Shown here piece after piece: positions 1-13,689 of a stretch of 64,000 nt of DNA. The DNA lies in assembly GCA_964057225.1 (NCBI GenBank), contig OZ059897.1:4464001-4528000 (forward strand), written 5' to 3'. The translations under genes and the position numbers were made by a program. The DNA is from Auanema rhodensis (taxonomy: Eukaryota > Animalia > Nematoda). Position 1 is the stretch's first letter. Each line of letters opens with the position of its first letter. The notes under the pieces are model-generated. The model saw only the letters and a program-made list of their open reading frames with translations. It did no database searches and was not told the origin of the DNA.

Positions 1-1
1 T

Positions 2-68
2 TCGATGCGGATTTTTAAGCTGCGTTGATCTGTGTTATCAGATTTGCGCTAGCTTAAAAATGCACCGA
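2..68. other. Monomer-internal imperfect hairpin/cruciform (shown in monomer 1; recurs in every monomer with variants)
   Basis: ATTTTTAAGCT (11-21) pairs with AGCTTAAAAAT (51-61), GCG (22-24) with CGC (47-49), and ATCTG (28-32) with CAGAT (39-43) around loop TGTTAT. The outer TCGATGC (2-8) pairs with GCACCGA (62-68) with one mismatch and a GG bulge. Confidence 0.85.
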
Positions 69-250
69 GTAATCAACTGATATAGGTTCACACTTATATC
101 CTCGATTTTCACCCTGAAGAATTAATTTTTTCGTTGAATAACATTGTCCATCGTCTTTGCCTTGAGAAAAGAAATCTAAAAACTCCTACTTTTTGTGAAA
201 TTATTTAGAAATTTTTCGGGAAAATTTTTGTCACAATGTTTTTGGAAGCA

Positions 251-278
251 ATGTTGAGTGTACATGGGAACTCAACAT
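251..278. other. Monomer-internal 9-bp dyad ATGTTGAGT-N10-ACTCAACAT
   Basis: 251-259 is the exact reverse complement of 270-278. A perfect 10-bp palindrome TAATGCATTA follows at 283-292. Confidence 0.85.
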
Positions 279-3200
279 ACACTAATGCATTATTTTTCAA
301 ACGATCATAACTAATTTTTGTATGGAGCGTTTCTCAATGTAGTATAGTGCATTCGATGCGGATTTTTAAGCTGCGTCGATCTGTGTTATCAGATTTGAGT
401 TAGCTTAAAAATGCACCGAGATATCAACTGATGTATGTTCACACTTATATCCTCGATTTTCACCCTGAAGAAATGATTTTTTCGTTGAAAAACATTGTCC
501 ATCGTATTCGTCTTGAAAAAAGGAATCTAAAAACATCTACTTTTTGTGAAATTATTTAGAAATTTTTCGGGAAAATTTTTGTCAAAATGTTTTTGGAAGC
601 AATGTTGAGTGTACATGGGAACTCAACATACACTAATGCATTATTTTTCATACGATCATAACTAATTTTTGTATAAAGCGTTTCTCAATGTAGTATAGTG
701 CATTCGATGCGGATTTTTAAGCTGCGTCGATCTGTGTTATCAGATTTGAGTTAGCTTAAAAATGCACCGAGATATCAACTGATATATGTTCACACTTATA
801 TCCTCGATTTTCACCCTGAAGAATTAATTTTTTCGTTGAAAAACATTGTCCATCGTATTCGTCTTGAAAAAAAGAATCTAAAAACATCTACTTTTTGTGA
901 AATTATTCAGAAATTTTTCGGGAAAATTTTTGTCAAAATGTTTTTGGAAGCAATGTTGAGTGTACATGGGAACTCAACATACACTAATGCATTATTTTTC
1001 AAACGATCATAACTAATTTTTGTATGGAGCGTTTCTCAATGTAGTATAGTGCATTCGATGCGGATTTTTGAGCTGCGTTGATCTGTGTTATCAGATTTGC
1101 GCTAGCTTAAAAATGCACCGAGTAATCAACTGATATAGGTTCACACTTATATCCTCGATTTTCACCCTGAAGAAATGATTTTTTCGTTGAAAAACATTGT
1201 CCATCGTATTCGTCTTGAAAAAAGGAATCTAAAAACATCTACTTTTTGTGAAATTATTTAGAAATTTTTCGGGAAAATTTTTGTCAAAATGTTTTTGGAA
1301 GCAATGTTGAGTGTACATGGGAACTCAACATACACTAATGCATTATTTTTCATACGATCATAACTAATTTTTGTATAAAGCGTTTCTCAATGTAGTATAG
1401 TGCATTCGATGCGGATTTTTAAGCTGCGTTGATCTGTGTTATCAGATTTGCGCTAGCTTAAAAATGCACCGAGTAATCAACTGATATAGGTTCACACTTA
1501 TATCCTCGATTTTCACCCTGAAGAATTAATTTTTTCGTTGAATAACATTGTCCATCGTCTTTGCCTTGAGAAAAGAAATCTAAAAACTCCTACTTTTTGT
1601 GAAATTATTTAGAAATTTTTCGGGAAAATTTTTGTCACAATGTTTTTGGAAGCAATGTTGAGTGTACATGGGAACTCAACATACACTAATGCATTATTTT
1701 TCATACGATCATAACTAATTTTTGTATAAAGCGTTTCTCAATGTAGTATAGTGCATTCGATGCGGATTTTTAAGCTGCGTCGATCTGTGTTATCAGATTT
1801 GAGTTAGCTTAAAAATGCACCGAGATATCAACTGATATATGTTCACACTTATATCCTCGATTTTCACCCTGAAGAAATGATTTTTTCGTTGAAAAACATT
1901 GTCCATCGTATTCGTCTTGAAAAAAGGAATCTAAAAACATCTACTTTTTGTGAAATTATTTAGAAATTTTTCGGGAAAATTTTTGTCAAAATGTTTTTGG
2001 AAGCAATGTTGAGTGTACATGGGAACTCAACATACACTAATGCATTATTTTTCATACGATCATAACTAATTTTTGTATAAAGCGTTTCTCAATGTAGTAT
2101 AGTGCATTCGATGCGGATTTTTAAGCTGCGTCGATCTGTGTTATCAGATTTGAGTTAGCTTAAAAATGCACCGAGATATCAACTGATATATGTTCACACT
2201 TATATCCTCGATTTTCACCCTGAAGAATTAATTTTTTCGTTGAAAAACATTGTCCATCGTATTCGTCTTGAAAAAAAGAATCTAAAAACATCTACTTTTT
2301 GTGAAATTATTCAGAAATTTTTCGGGAAAATTTTTGTCAAAATGTTTTTGGAAGCAATGTTGAGTGTACATGGGAACTCAACATACACTAATGCATTATT
2401 TTTCAAACGATCATAACTAATTTTTGTATGGAGCGTTTCTCAATGTAGTATAGTGCATTCGATGCGGATTTTTGAGCTGCGTTGATCTGTGTTATCAGAT
2501 TTGCGCTAGCTTAAAAATGCACCGAGTAATCAACTGATATAGGTTCACACTTATATCCTCGATTTTCACCCTGAAGAAATGATTTTTTCGTTGAAAAACA
2601 TTGTCCATCGTATTCGTCTTGAAAAAAGGAATCTAAAAACATCTACTTTTTGTGAAATTATTTAGAAATTTTTCGGGAAAATTTTTGTCAAAATGTTTTT
2701 GGAAGCAATGTTGAGTGTACATGGGAACTCAACATACACTAATGCATTATTTTTCATACGATCATAACTAATTTTTGTATAAAGCGTTTCTCAATGTAGT
2801 ATAGTGCATTCGATGCGGATTTTTAAGCTGCGTCGATCTGTGTTATCAGATTTGAGTTAGCTTAAAAATGCACCGAGATATCAACTGATATATGTTCACA
2901 CTTATATCCTCGATTTTCACCCTGAAGAATTAATTTTTTCGTTGAAAAACATTGTCCATCGTATTCGTCTTGAAAAAAAGAATCTAAAAACATCTACTTT
3001 TTGTGAAATTATTCAGAAATTTTTCGGGAAAATTTTTGTCAAAATGTTTTTGGAAGCAATGTTGAGTGTACATGGGAACTCAACATACACTAATGCATTA
3101 TTTTTCAAACGATCATAACTAATTTTTGTATGGAGCGTTTCTCAATGTAGTATAGTGCATTCGATGCGGATTTTTGAGCTGCGTTGATCTGTGTTATCAG

Positions 3201-6200
3201 ATTTGCGCTAGCTTAAAAATGCACCGAGTAATCAACTGATATAGGTTCACACTTATATCCTCGATTTTCACCCTGAAGAATTAATTTTTTCGTTGAATAA
3301 CATTGTCCATCGTCTTTGCCTTGAGAAAAGAAATCTAAAAACTCCTACTTTTTGTGAAATTATTTAGAAATTTTTCGGGAAAATTTTTGTCACAATGTTT
3401 TTGGAAGCAATGTTGAGTGTACATGGGAACTCAGCATACACTAATGCATTATTTTTCAAACGATCATAACTAATTTTTGTATAGAGCGTTTCTCAATGTA
3501 GTATAGTGCATTCGATGCGGATTTTTGAGTTGCGTTGATCTGTGTTATCAGATTTGCGCTAGCTTAAAAATGCACCGAGTAATCAACTGATATATGTTCA
3601 CACTTATATCCTCGATTTTCACCCTGAAGAAATGATTTTTTCGTTGAAAAACATTGTCCATCGTATTCGTCTTGAAAAAAAGAATCTAAAAACATCTACT
3701 TTTTGTGAAATTATTCAGAAATTTTTCGGGAAAATTTTTGTCAAAATGTTTTTGGAAGCAATGTTGAGTGTACATGGGAACTCAACATACACTAATGCAT
3801 TATTTTTCAAACGATCATAACTAATTTTTGTATGGAGCGTTTCTCAATGTAGTATAGTGCATTCGATGCGGATTTTTAAGCTGCGTCGATCTGTGTTATC
3901 AGATTTGAGTTAGCTTAAAAATGCACGGAGATATCAACTGATATATGTTCACACTTATATCCTCGATTTTCACCCTGAAGAAATGATTTTTTCGTTGAAA
4001 AACATTGTCCATCGTATTCGTCTTGAAAAAAAGAATCTAAAAACATCTACTTTTTGTAAAATTATTCAGAAATTTTTCGGGAAAATTTTTGTCAAAATGT
4101 TTTTGGAAGCAATGTTGAGTGTACATGGGAACTCAACATACACTAATGCATTATTTTTCAAACGATCATAACTAATTTTTGTATGGAGCGTTTCTCAATG
4201 TAGTATAGTGCATTCGATGCGGATTTTTGAGCTGCGTTGATCTGTGTTATCAGATTTGCGCTAGCTTAAAAATGCACCGAGTAATCAACTGATATAGGTT
4301 CACACTTATATCCTCGATTTTCACCCTGAAGAATTAATTTTTTCGTTGAATAACATTGTCCATCGTCTTTGCCTTGAGAAAAGAAATCTAAAAACTCCTA
4401 CTTTTTGTGAAATTATTTAGAAATTTTTCGGGAAAATTTTTGTCACAATGTTTTTGGAAGCAATGTTGAGTGTACATGGGAACTCAGCATACACTAATGC
4501 ATTATTTTTCAAACGATCATAACTAATTTTTGTATAGAGCGTTTCTCAATGTAGTATAGTGCATTCGATGCGGATTTTTGAGTTGCGTTGATCTGTGTTA
4601 TCAGATTTGCGCTAGCTTAAAAATGCACCGAGTAATCAACTGATATATGTTCACACTTATATCCTCGATTTTCACCCTGAAGAAATGATTTTTTCGTTGA
4701 AAAACATTGTCCATCGTATTCGTCTTGAAAAAAGGAATCTAAAAACATCTACTTTTTGTGAAATTATTTAGAAATTTTTCGGGAAAATTTTTGTCACAAT
4801 GTTTTTGGAAGCAATGTTGAGTGTACATGGGAACTCAGCATACACTAATGCATTATTTTTCAAACGATCATAACTAATTTTTGTATAGAGCGTTTCTCAA
4901 TGTAGTATAGTGCATTCGATGCGGATTTTTAAGCTGCGTCGATCTGTGTTATCAGATTTGAGTTAGCTTAAAAATGCACCGAGATATCAACTGATATATG
5001 TTCACACTTATATCCTCGATTTTCACCCTGAAGAAATGATTTTTTCGTTGAAAAACATTGTCCATCGTATTCGTCTTGAAAAAAAGAATCTAAAAACATC
5101 TACTTTTTGTGAAATTATTCAGAAATTTTTCGGGAAAATTTTTGTCAAAATGTTTTTGGAAGCAATGTTGAGTGTACATGGGAACTCAGCATACACTAAT
5201 GCATTATTTTTCAAACGATCATAACTAATTTTTGTATAGAGCGTTTCTCAATGTAGTATAGTGCATTCGATGCGGATTTTTAAGCTGCGTCGATCTGTGT
5301 TATCAGATTTGAGTTAGCTTAAAAATGCACCGAGATATCAACTGATATATGTTCACACTTATATCCTCGATTTTCACCCTGAAGAAATGATTTTTTCGTT
5401 GAAAAACATTGTCCATCGTATTCGTCTTGAAAAAAAGAATCTAAAAACATCTACTTTTTGTGAAATTATTCAGAAATTTTTTGGGAAAATTTTTGTCAAA
5501 ATGTTTTTGGAAGCAATGTTGAGTGTACATGGGAACTCAGCATACACTAATGCATTATTTTTCAAACGATCATAACTAATTTTTGTATTAAGCGTTTATC
5601 AATGTAGTATAGTGCATTCGATGCGGATTTTTAAGCTGCGTCGATCTGTGTTATCAGATTTGCGCTAGCTTGAAAATGCACCGAGATATCAACTGATATA
5701 GGTTCACACTTATATCCTCGATTTTCACCCTGAAGAATTAATTTTTTCGTTGAATAACATTGTCCATCGTCTTTGCCTTGAAAAAAGGAATCTAAAAACA
5801 TCTACTTTTTGTGAAATTATTCAGAAATTTTTCGGGAAAATTTTTGTCACAATGTTTTTGGAAGCAATGTTGAGTGTACATGGGAACTCAGCATACACTA
5901 ATGCATTATTTTTCAAACGATCATAACTAATTTTTGTATAGAGCGTTTCTCAATGTAGTATAGTGCATTCGATGCGGATTTTTAAGCTGCGTCGATCTGT
6001 GTTATCAGATTTGAGTTAGCTTAAAAATGCACCGAGATATCAACTGATATAGGTTCACACTTATATCCTCGATTTTCACCCTGAAGAATTAATTTTTTCG
6101 TTGAATAACATTGTCCATCGTATTCGTCTTGAAAAAAAGAATCTAAAAACATCTACTTTTTGTGAAATTATTCAGAAATTTTTCGGGAAAATTTTTGTCA

Positions 6201-9200
6201 AAATGTTTTTGGAAGCAATGTTGAGTGTACATGGGAACTCAACATACACTAATGCATTATTTTTCAAACGATCATAACTAATTTTTGTATGGAGCGTTTC
6301 TCAATGTAGTATAGTGCATTCGATGCGGATTTTTAAGCTGCGTCGATCTGTGTTATCAGATTTGAGTTAGCTTAAAAATGCACCGAGATATCAACTGATA
6401 TATGTTCACACTTATATCCTCGATTTTCACCCTGAAGAAATGATTTTTTCGTTGAAAAACATTGTCCATCGTATTTGTCTTGAAAAAAAGAATCTAAAAA
6501 CATCTACTTTTTGTGAAATTATTCAGAAATTTTTCGGGAAAATTTTTGTCAAAATGTTTTTGGAAGCAATGTTGAGTGTACATGGGAACTCAACATACAC
6601 TAATGCATTATTTTTCAAACGATCATAACTAATTTTTGTATGGAGCGTTTCTCAATGTAGTATAGTGCATTCGATGCGGATTTTTAAGCTGCGTTGATCT
6701 GTGTTATCAGATTTGCGCTAGCTTAAAAATGCACCGAGTAATCAACTGATATAGGTTCACACTTATATCCTCGATTTTCACCCTGAAGAATTAATTTTTT
6801 CGTTGAATAACATTGTCCATTGTCTTTGCCTTGAAAAAAGAAATCTAAAAACTCCTACTTTTTGTGAAATTATTTAGAAATTTTTCGGGAAAATTTTTGT
6901 CACAATGTTTTTGGAAGCAATGTTGAGTGTACATGGGAACTCAGCATACACTAATGCATTATTTTTCAAACGATCATAACTAATTTTTGTATAGAGCGTT
7001 TCTCAATGTAGTATAGTGCATTCGATGCGGATTTTTAAGCTGCGTTGATCTGTGTTATCAGATTTGCGCTAGCTTAAAAATGCACCGAGTAATCAACTGA
7101 TATAGGTTCACACTTATATCCTCGATTTTCACCCTGAAGAATTAATTTTTTCGTTGAATAACATTGTCCATCGTCTTTGCCTTGAAAAAAGAAATCTAAA
7201 AACATCTACTTTTTGTGAAATTATTTAGAAATTTTTCGGGAAAATTTTTGTCACAATGTTTTTGGAAGCAATGTTGAGTGTACATGGGAACTCAGCATAC
7301 ACTAATGCATTATTTTTCAAACGATCATAACTAATTTTTGTATAGAGCGTTTCTCAATGTAGTATAGTGCATTCGATGCGGATTTTTAAGCTGCGTCGAT
7401 CTGTGTTATCAGATTTGAGTTAGCTTAAAAATGCACCGAGATATCAACTGATATATGTTCACACTTATATCCTCGATTTTCACCCTGAAGAAATGATTTT
7501 TTCGTTGAAAAACATTGTCCATCGTATTCGTCTTGAAAAAAAGAATCTAAAAACATCTACTTTTTGTGAAATTATTCAGAAATTTTTCGGGAAAATTTTT
7601 GTCAAAATGTTTTTGGAAGCAATGTTGAGTGTACATGGGAACTCAACATACACTAATGCATTATTTTTCAAACGATCATAACTAATTTTTGTATGGAGCG
7701 TTTCTCAATGTAGTATAGTGCATTCGATGCGGATTTTTAAGCTGCGTTGATCTGTGTTATCAGATTTGCGCTAGCTTAAAAATGCACCGAGTAATCAACT
7801 GATATAGGTTCACACTTATATCCTCGATTTTCACCCTGAAGAATTAATTTTTTCGTTGAATAACATTGTCCATTGTCTTTGCCTTGAAAAAAGAAATCTA
7901 AAAACTCCTACTTTTTGTGAAATTATTTAGAAATTTTTCGGGAAAATTTTTGTCACAATGTTTTTGGAAGCAATGTTGAGTGTACATGGGAACTCAGCAT
8001 ACACTAATGCATTATTTTTCAAACGATCATAACTAATTTTTGTATAGAGCGTTTCTCAATGTAGTATAGTGCATTCGATGCGGATTTTTAAGCTGCGTCG
8101 ATCTGTGTTATCAGATTTGAGTTAGCTTAAAAATGCACCGAGATATCAACTGATATATGTTCACACTTATATCCTCGATTTTCACCCTGAAGAAATGATT
8201 TTTTCGTTGAAAAACATTGTCCATCGTATTCGTCTTGAAAAAAGGAATCTAAAAACATCTACTTTTTGTGAAATTATTTAGAAATTTTTCGGGAAAATTT
8301 TTGTCAAAATGTTTTTGGAAGCAATGTTGAGTGTACATGGGAACTCAACATACACTAATGCATTATTTTTCATACGATCATAACTAATTTTTGTATAAAG
8401 CGTTTCTCAATGTAGTATAGTGCATTCGAGGCGGATTTTTAAGCTGCGTTGATCTGTGTTATCAGATTTGAGTTAACTTAAAAATGCACCGAGATATCAA
8501 CTGATATATGTTCACACTTATATCCTCGATTTTCACCCTGAAGAAATGATTTTTTCGTTGAAAAACATTGTCCATAGTATTCGTCTTGAAAAAAGGAATC
8601 TAAAAACATCTACTTTTTGTGAAATTATTTAGAAATTTTTCGGGAAAATTTTTGTCAAAATGTTTTTGGAAGCAATGTTGAGTGTACATGGGAACTCAAC
8701 ATACACTAATGCATTATTTTTCAAACGATCATAACTAATTTTTGTATTAAGCGTTTATCAATGTAGTATAGTGCATTCGATGCGGATTTTTAAGCTGCGT
8801 CGATCTGTGTTATCAGATTTGCGCTAGCTTGAAAATGCACCGAGATATCAACTGATATAGGTTCACACTTATATCCTCGATTTTCACCCTGAAGAAATGA
8901 TTTTTTTGTTGAAAAACATTGTCCATCGTATTCGTCTTGAAAAAAGGAATCTAAAAACATCTACTTTTTGTGAAATTATTTAGAAATTTTTCGGGAAAAT
9001 TTTTGTCAAAATGTTTTTGGAAGCAATGTTGAGTGTACATGGGAACTCAACATACACTAATGCATTATTTTTCAAACGATCATAACTAATTTTTGTATAG
9101 AGCGTTTCTCAATGTAGTATAGTGCATTCGATGCGGATTTTTAAGCTGCGTCGATCTGTGTTATCAGATTTGCGCTAGCTTAAAAATGCACCGAGTAATC

Positions 9201-10179
9201 AACTGATATAGGTTCACACTTATATCCTCGATTTTCACCCTGAAGAATTAATTTTTTCGTTGAATAACATTGTCCATCGTCTTTGCCTTGAAAAAAGAAA
9301 TCTAAAAACTCCTACTTTTTGTGAAATTATTTAGAAATTTTTCGGGAAAATTTTTGTCACAATGTTTTTGGAAGCAATGTTGAGTGTACATGGGAACTCA
9401 GCATACACTAATGCATTATTTTTCAAACGATCATAACTAATTTTTGTATAGAGCGTTTCTCAATGTAGTATAGTGCATTCGATGCGGATTTGTAAGCTGC
9501 GTCGATCTGTGTTATCAGATTTGAGTTAGCTTAAAAATGCACCGAGATATCAACTGATATATGTTCACACTTATATCCTCGATTTTCACCCTGAAGAAAT
9601 GATTTTTTCGTTGAAAAACATTGTCCATCGTATTCGTCTTGAAAAAAGGAATCTAAAAACATCTACTTTTTGTGAAATTATTTAGAAATTTTTCGGGAAA
9701 ATTTTTGTCAAAATGTTTTTGGAAGCAATGTTGAGTGTACATGGGAACTCAACATACACTAATGCATTATTTTTCAAACGATCATAACTAATTTTTGTAT
9801 TAAGCGTTTATCAATGTAGTATAGTGCATTCGATGCGGATTTTTAAGCTGCGTCGATCTGTGTTATCAGATTTGCGCTAGCTTGAAAATGCACCGAGATA
9901 TCAACTGATATATGTTCACACTTATATCCTCGATTTTCACCCTGAAGAAATGATTTTTTCGTTGAAAAACATTGTCCATCGTATTCGTCTTGAAAAAAGG
10001 AATCTAAAAACATCTACTTTTTGTGAAATTATTTAGAAATTTTTCGGGAAAATTTTTGTCAAAATGTTTTTGGAAGCAATGTTGAGTGTACATGGGAACT
10101 CAACATACACTAATGCATTATTTTTCAAACGATCATAACTAATTTTTGTATTAAGCGTTTATCAATGTAGTATAGTGCA

Positions 10180-12285
10180 TTCGATGCGGATTTTTAAGCT
10201 GCGTCGATCTGTGTTATCAGATTTGCGCTAGCTTGAAAATGCACCGAGATATCAACTGATATAGGTTCACACTTATATCCTCGATTTTCACCCTGAAGAA
10301 TTAATTTTTTCGTTGAATAACATTGTCCATCGTCTTTGCCTTGAAAAAAGGAATCTAAAAACATCTACTTTTTGTGAAATTATTTAGAAATTTTTCGGGA
10401 AAATTTTTGTCACCATGTTTTTGGAAGCAATGTTGAGTGTACATGGGAACTCAGCATACACTAATGCATTATTTTTCAAACGATCATAACTAATTTTTGT
10501 ATAGAGCGTTTCTCAATGTAGTATAGTGCATTCGATGCGGATTGTTAAGCTGCGTCGATCTGTGTTATCAGATTTGAGTTAGCTTAAAAATGCACCGAGA
10601 TATCAACTGATATATGTTCACACTTATATCCTCGATTTTCACCCTGAAGAAATGATTTTTTCGTTGAGAAACATTGTCCATCGTATTCGTCTTGAAAAAA
10701 AGAATCTAAAAACATCTACTTTTTGTGAAATTATTCAGAAATTTTTCGGGAAAATTTTTGTCAAAATGTTTTTGGAAGCAATGTTGAGTGTACATGGGAA
10801 CTCAACATACACTAATGCATTATTTTTCAAACGATCATAACTAATTTTTGTATGGAGCGTTTCTCAATGTAGTATAGTGCATTCGATGCGGATTTTTAAG
10901 CTGCGTCGATCTGTGTTATCAGATTTGCGCTAGCTTAAAAATGCACCGAGTAATCAACTGATATAGGTTCACACTTATATCCTCGATTTTCACCCTGAAG
11001 AATTAATTTTTTCGTTGAATAACATTGTCCATCGTCTTTGCCTTGAAAAAAGAAATCTAAAAACTCCTACTTTTTGTGAAATTATTTAGAAATTTTTCGG
11101 GAAAATTTTTGTCACAATGTTTTTGGAAGCAATGTTGAGTGTACATGGGAACTCAGCATACACTAATGCATTATTTTTCAAACGATCATAACTAATTTTT
11201 GTATTAAGCGTTTATCAATGTAGTATAGTGCATTCGATGCGGATTTGTAAGCTGCGTCGATCTGTGTTATCAGATTTGCGCTAGCTTGAAAATGCACCGA
11301 GATATCAACTGATATAGGTTCACACTTATATCCTCGATTTTCACCCTGAAGAATTAATTTTTTCGTTGAATAACATTGTCCATCGTCTTTGCCTTGAAAA
11401 AAGGAATCTAAAAACATCTACTTTTTGTGAAATTATTTAGAAATTTTTCGGGAAAATTTTTGTCACCATGTTTTTGGAAGCAATGTTGAGTGTACATGGG
11501 AACTCAGCATACACTAATGCATTATTTTTCAAACGATCATAACTAATTTTTGTATAGAGCGTTTCTCAATGTAGTATAGTGTATTCGATGCGGATTGTTA
11601 AGCTGCGTCGATCTGTGTTATCAGATTTGAGTTAGCTTAAAAATGCACCGAGATATCAACTGATATATGTTCACACTTATATCCTCGATTTTCACCCTGA
11701 AGAAATGATTTTTTCGTTGAGAAACATTGTCCATCGTATTCGTCTTGAAAAAAAGAATCTAAAAACATCTACTTTTTGTGAAATTATTCAGAAATTTTTC
11801 GGGAAAATTTTTGTCAAAATGTTTTTGGAAGCAATGTTGAGTGTACATGGGAACTCAACATACACTAATGCATTATTTTTCAAACGATCATAACTAATTT
11901 TTGTATGGAGCGTTTCTCAATGTAGTATAGTGCATTCGATGCGGATTTTTAAGCTGCGTTGATCTGTGTTATCAGATTTGCGCTAGCTTAAAAATGCACC
12001 GAGTAATCAACTGATATAGGTTCACACTTATATCCTCGATTTTCACCCTGAAGAATTAATTTTTTCGTTGAATAACATTGTCCATTGTTTTTGCCTTGAA
12101 AAAAGAAATCTAAAAACTCCTACTTTTTGTGAAATTATTTAGAAATTTTTCGGGAAAATTTTTGTCACAATGTTTTTGGAAGCAATGTTGAGTGTACATG
12201 GGAACTCAGCATACACTAATGCATTATTTTTCAAACGATCATAACTAATTTTTGTATAGAGCGTTTCTCAATGTAGTATAGTGCA
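10180..12285 (+). repeat. Local 3-monomer (1053-bp) higher-order duplication
   Basis: Private variants recur 1053 bp apart: CACCATG (10414/11467), GATTGTTAAG (~10544/11597), and TTGAGAAAC giving the MIFSLRN ORFs (10652/11705). Confidence 0.85.
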
Positions 12286-13689
12286 TTCGATGCGGATTTT
12301 TAAGCTGCGTCGATCTGTGTTATCAGAATTGCGCTAGCTTAAAAATGCACCGAGTAATCAACTGATATAGGTTCACACTTATATCCTCGATTTTCACCCT
12401 GAAGAAATGATTTTTTCGTTGAAAAACATTGTCCATCGTATTCGTCTTGAAAAAAGGAATCTAAAAACATCTACTTTTTGTGAAATTATTTAGAAATTTT
12501 TCGGGAAAATTTTTGTCAAAATGTTTTTGGAAGCAATGTTGAGTGTACATGGGAACTCAACATACACTAATGCATTATTTTTCATACGATCATAACTAAT
12601 TTTTGTATAAAGCGTTTTTCAATGTAGTATAGTGCATTCAATGCGGATTTTTAAGCTGCGTTTATCTGTGTTATCAGATTTGAGTTAACTTAAAAATGCA
12701 CCGAGATATCAACTGATATATGTTCACACTTATATCCTCGATTTTCACCCTGAAGAAATGATTTTTTTGTTGAAAAACATTGTCCATCGTATTCGTCTTG
12801 AAAAAAGGAATCTAAAAACATCTACTTTTTGTGAAATTATTTAGAAATTTTTCGGGAAAATTTTTGTCACAATGTTTTTGGAAGCAATGTTGAGTGTACA
12901 TGGGAACTCAGCATACACTAATGCATTATTTTTCAAACGATCATAACTAATTTTTGTATAGAGCGTTTCTCAATGTAGTATAGTGCATTCGATGCGGATT
13001 TTTAAGCTGCGTCGATCTGTGTTATCAGATTTGAGTTAGCTTAAAAATGCACCGAGATATCAACTGATATATGTTCACACTTATATCCTCGATTTTCACC
13101 CTGAAGAAATGATTTTTTCGTTGAAAAACATTGTCCATCGTATTCGTCTTGAAAAAAAGAATCTAAAAACATCTACTTTTTGTGAAATTATTCAGAAATT
13201 TTTCGGGAAAATTTTTGTCAAAATGTTTTTGGAAGCAATGTTGAGTGTACATGGGAAATCAACATACACTAATGCATTATTTTTCATACGATCATAACTG
13301 ATTTTTGTATAGAGCGTTTCTCAATGTAGTATAGTGCATTCGATGCGGATTTTTAAGCTGCGTCGATCTGTGTTATCAGATTTGCGCTAGCTTAAAAATG
13401 CACCGAGTAATCAACTGATATAGGTTCACACTTATATCCTCGATTTTCACCCTGAAGAATTAATTTTTTCGTTGAATAACATTGTCCATCGTCTTTGCCT
13501 TGAAAAAAGAAATCTAAAAACTCCTACTTTTTGTGAAATTATTTAGAAATTTTTCGGGAAAATTTTTGTCACAATGTTTTTGGAAGCAATGTTGAGTGTA
13601 CATGGGAACTCAGCATACACTAATGCATTATTTTTCAAACGATCATAACTAATTTTTGTATAGAGCGTTTCTCAATGTAGTATAGTGCA

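Noticed and set aside
1-351. Tandem RNA gene unit (5S rRNA, tRNA, snRNA, spliced leader)
   Set aside because: The unit length is compatible, but I recognise no 5S, tRNA cloverleaf, pol III box or snRNA sequence. An Rfam search would settle it.
1-351. Monomer as an internal dimer of ~175 bp or trimer of 117 bp
   Set aside because: I could see no alignable similarity between halves or thirds beyond generic A/T runs.
480-496. CENP-B-box-like TTTCGTTGAAAAACATT
   Set aside because: It matches the 5' part of YTTCGTTGGAARCGGGA but lacks the essential CGGG core, so it is not supportable as a binding site.
11178-11417. 79-aa minus-strand ORF
   Set aside because: It is a chance allele combination in one pair of monomers, is not repeated elsewhere, and has no recognisable similarity.
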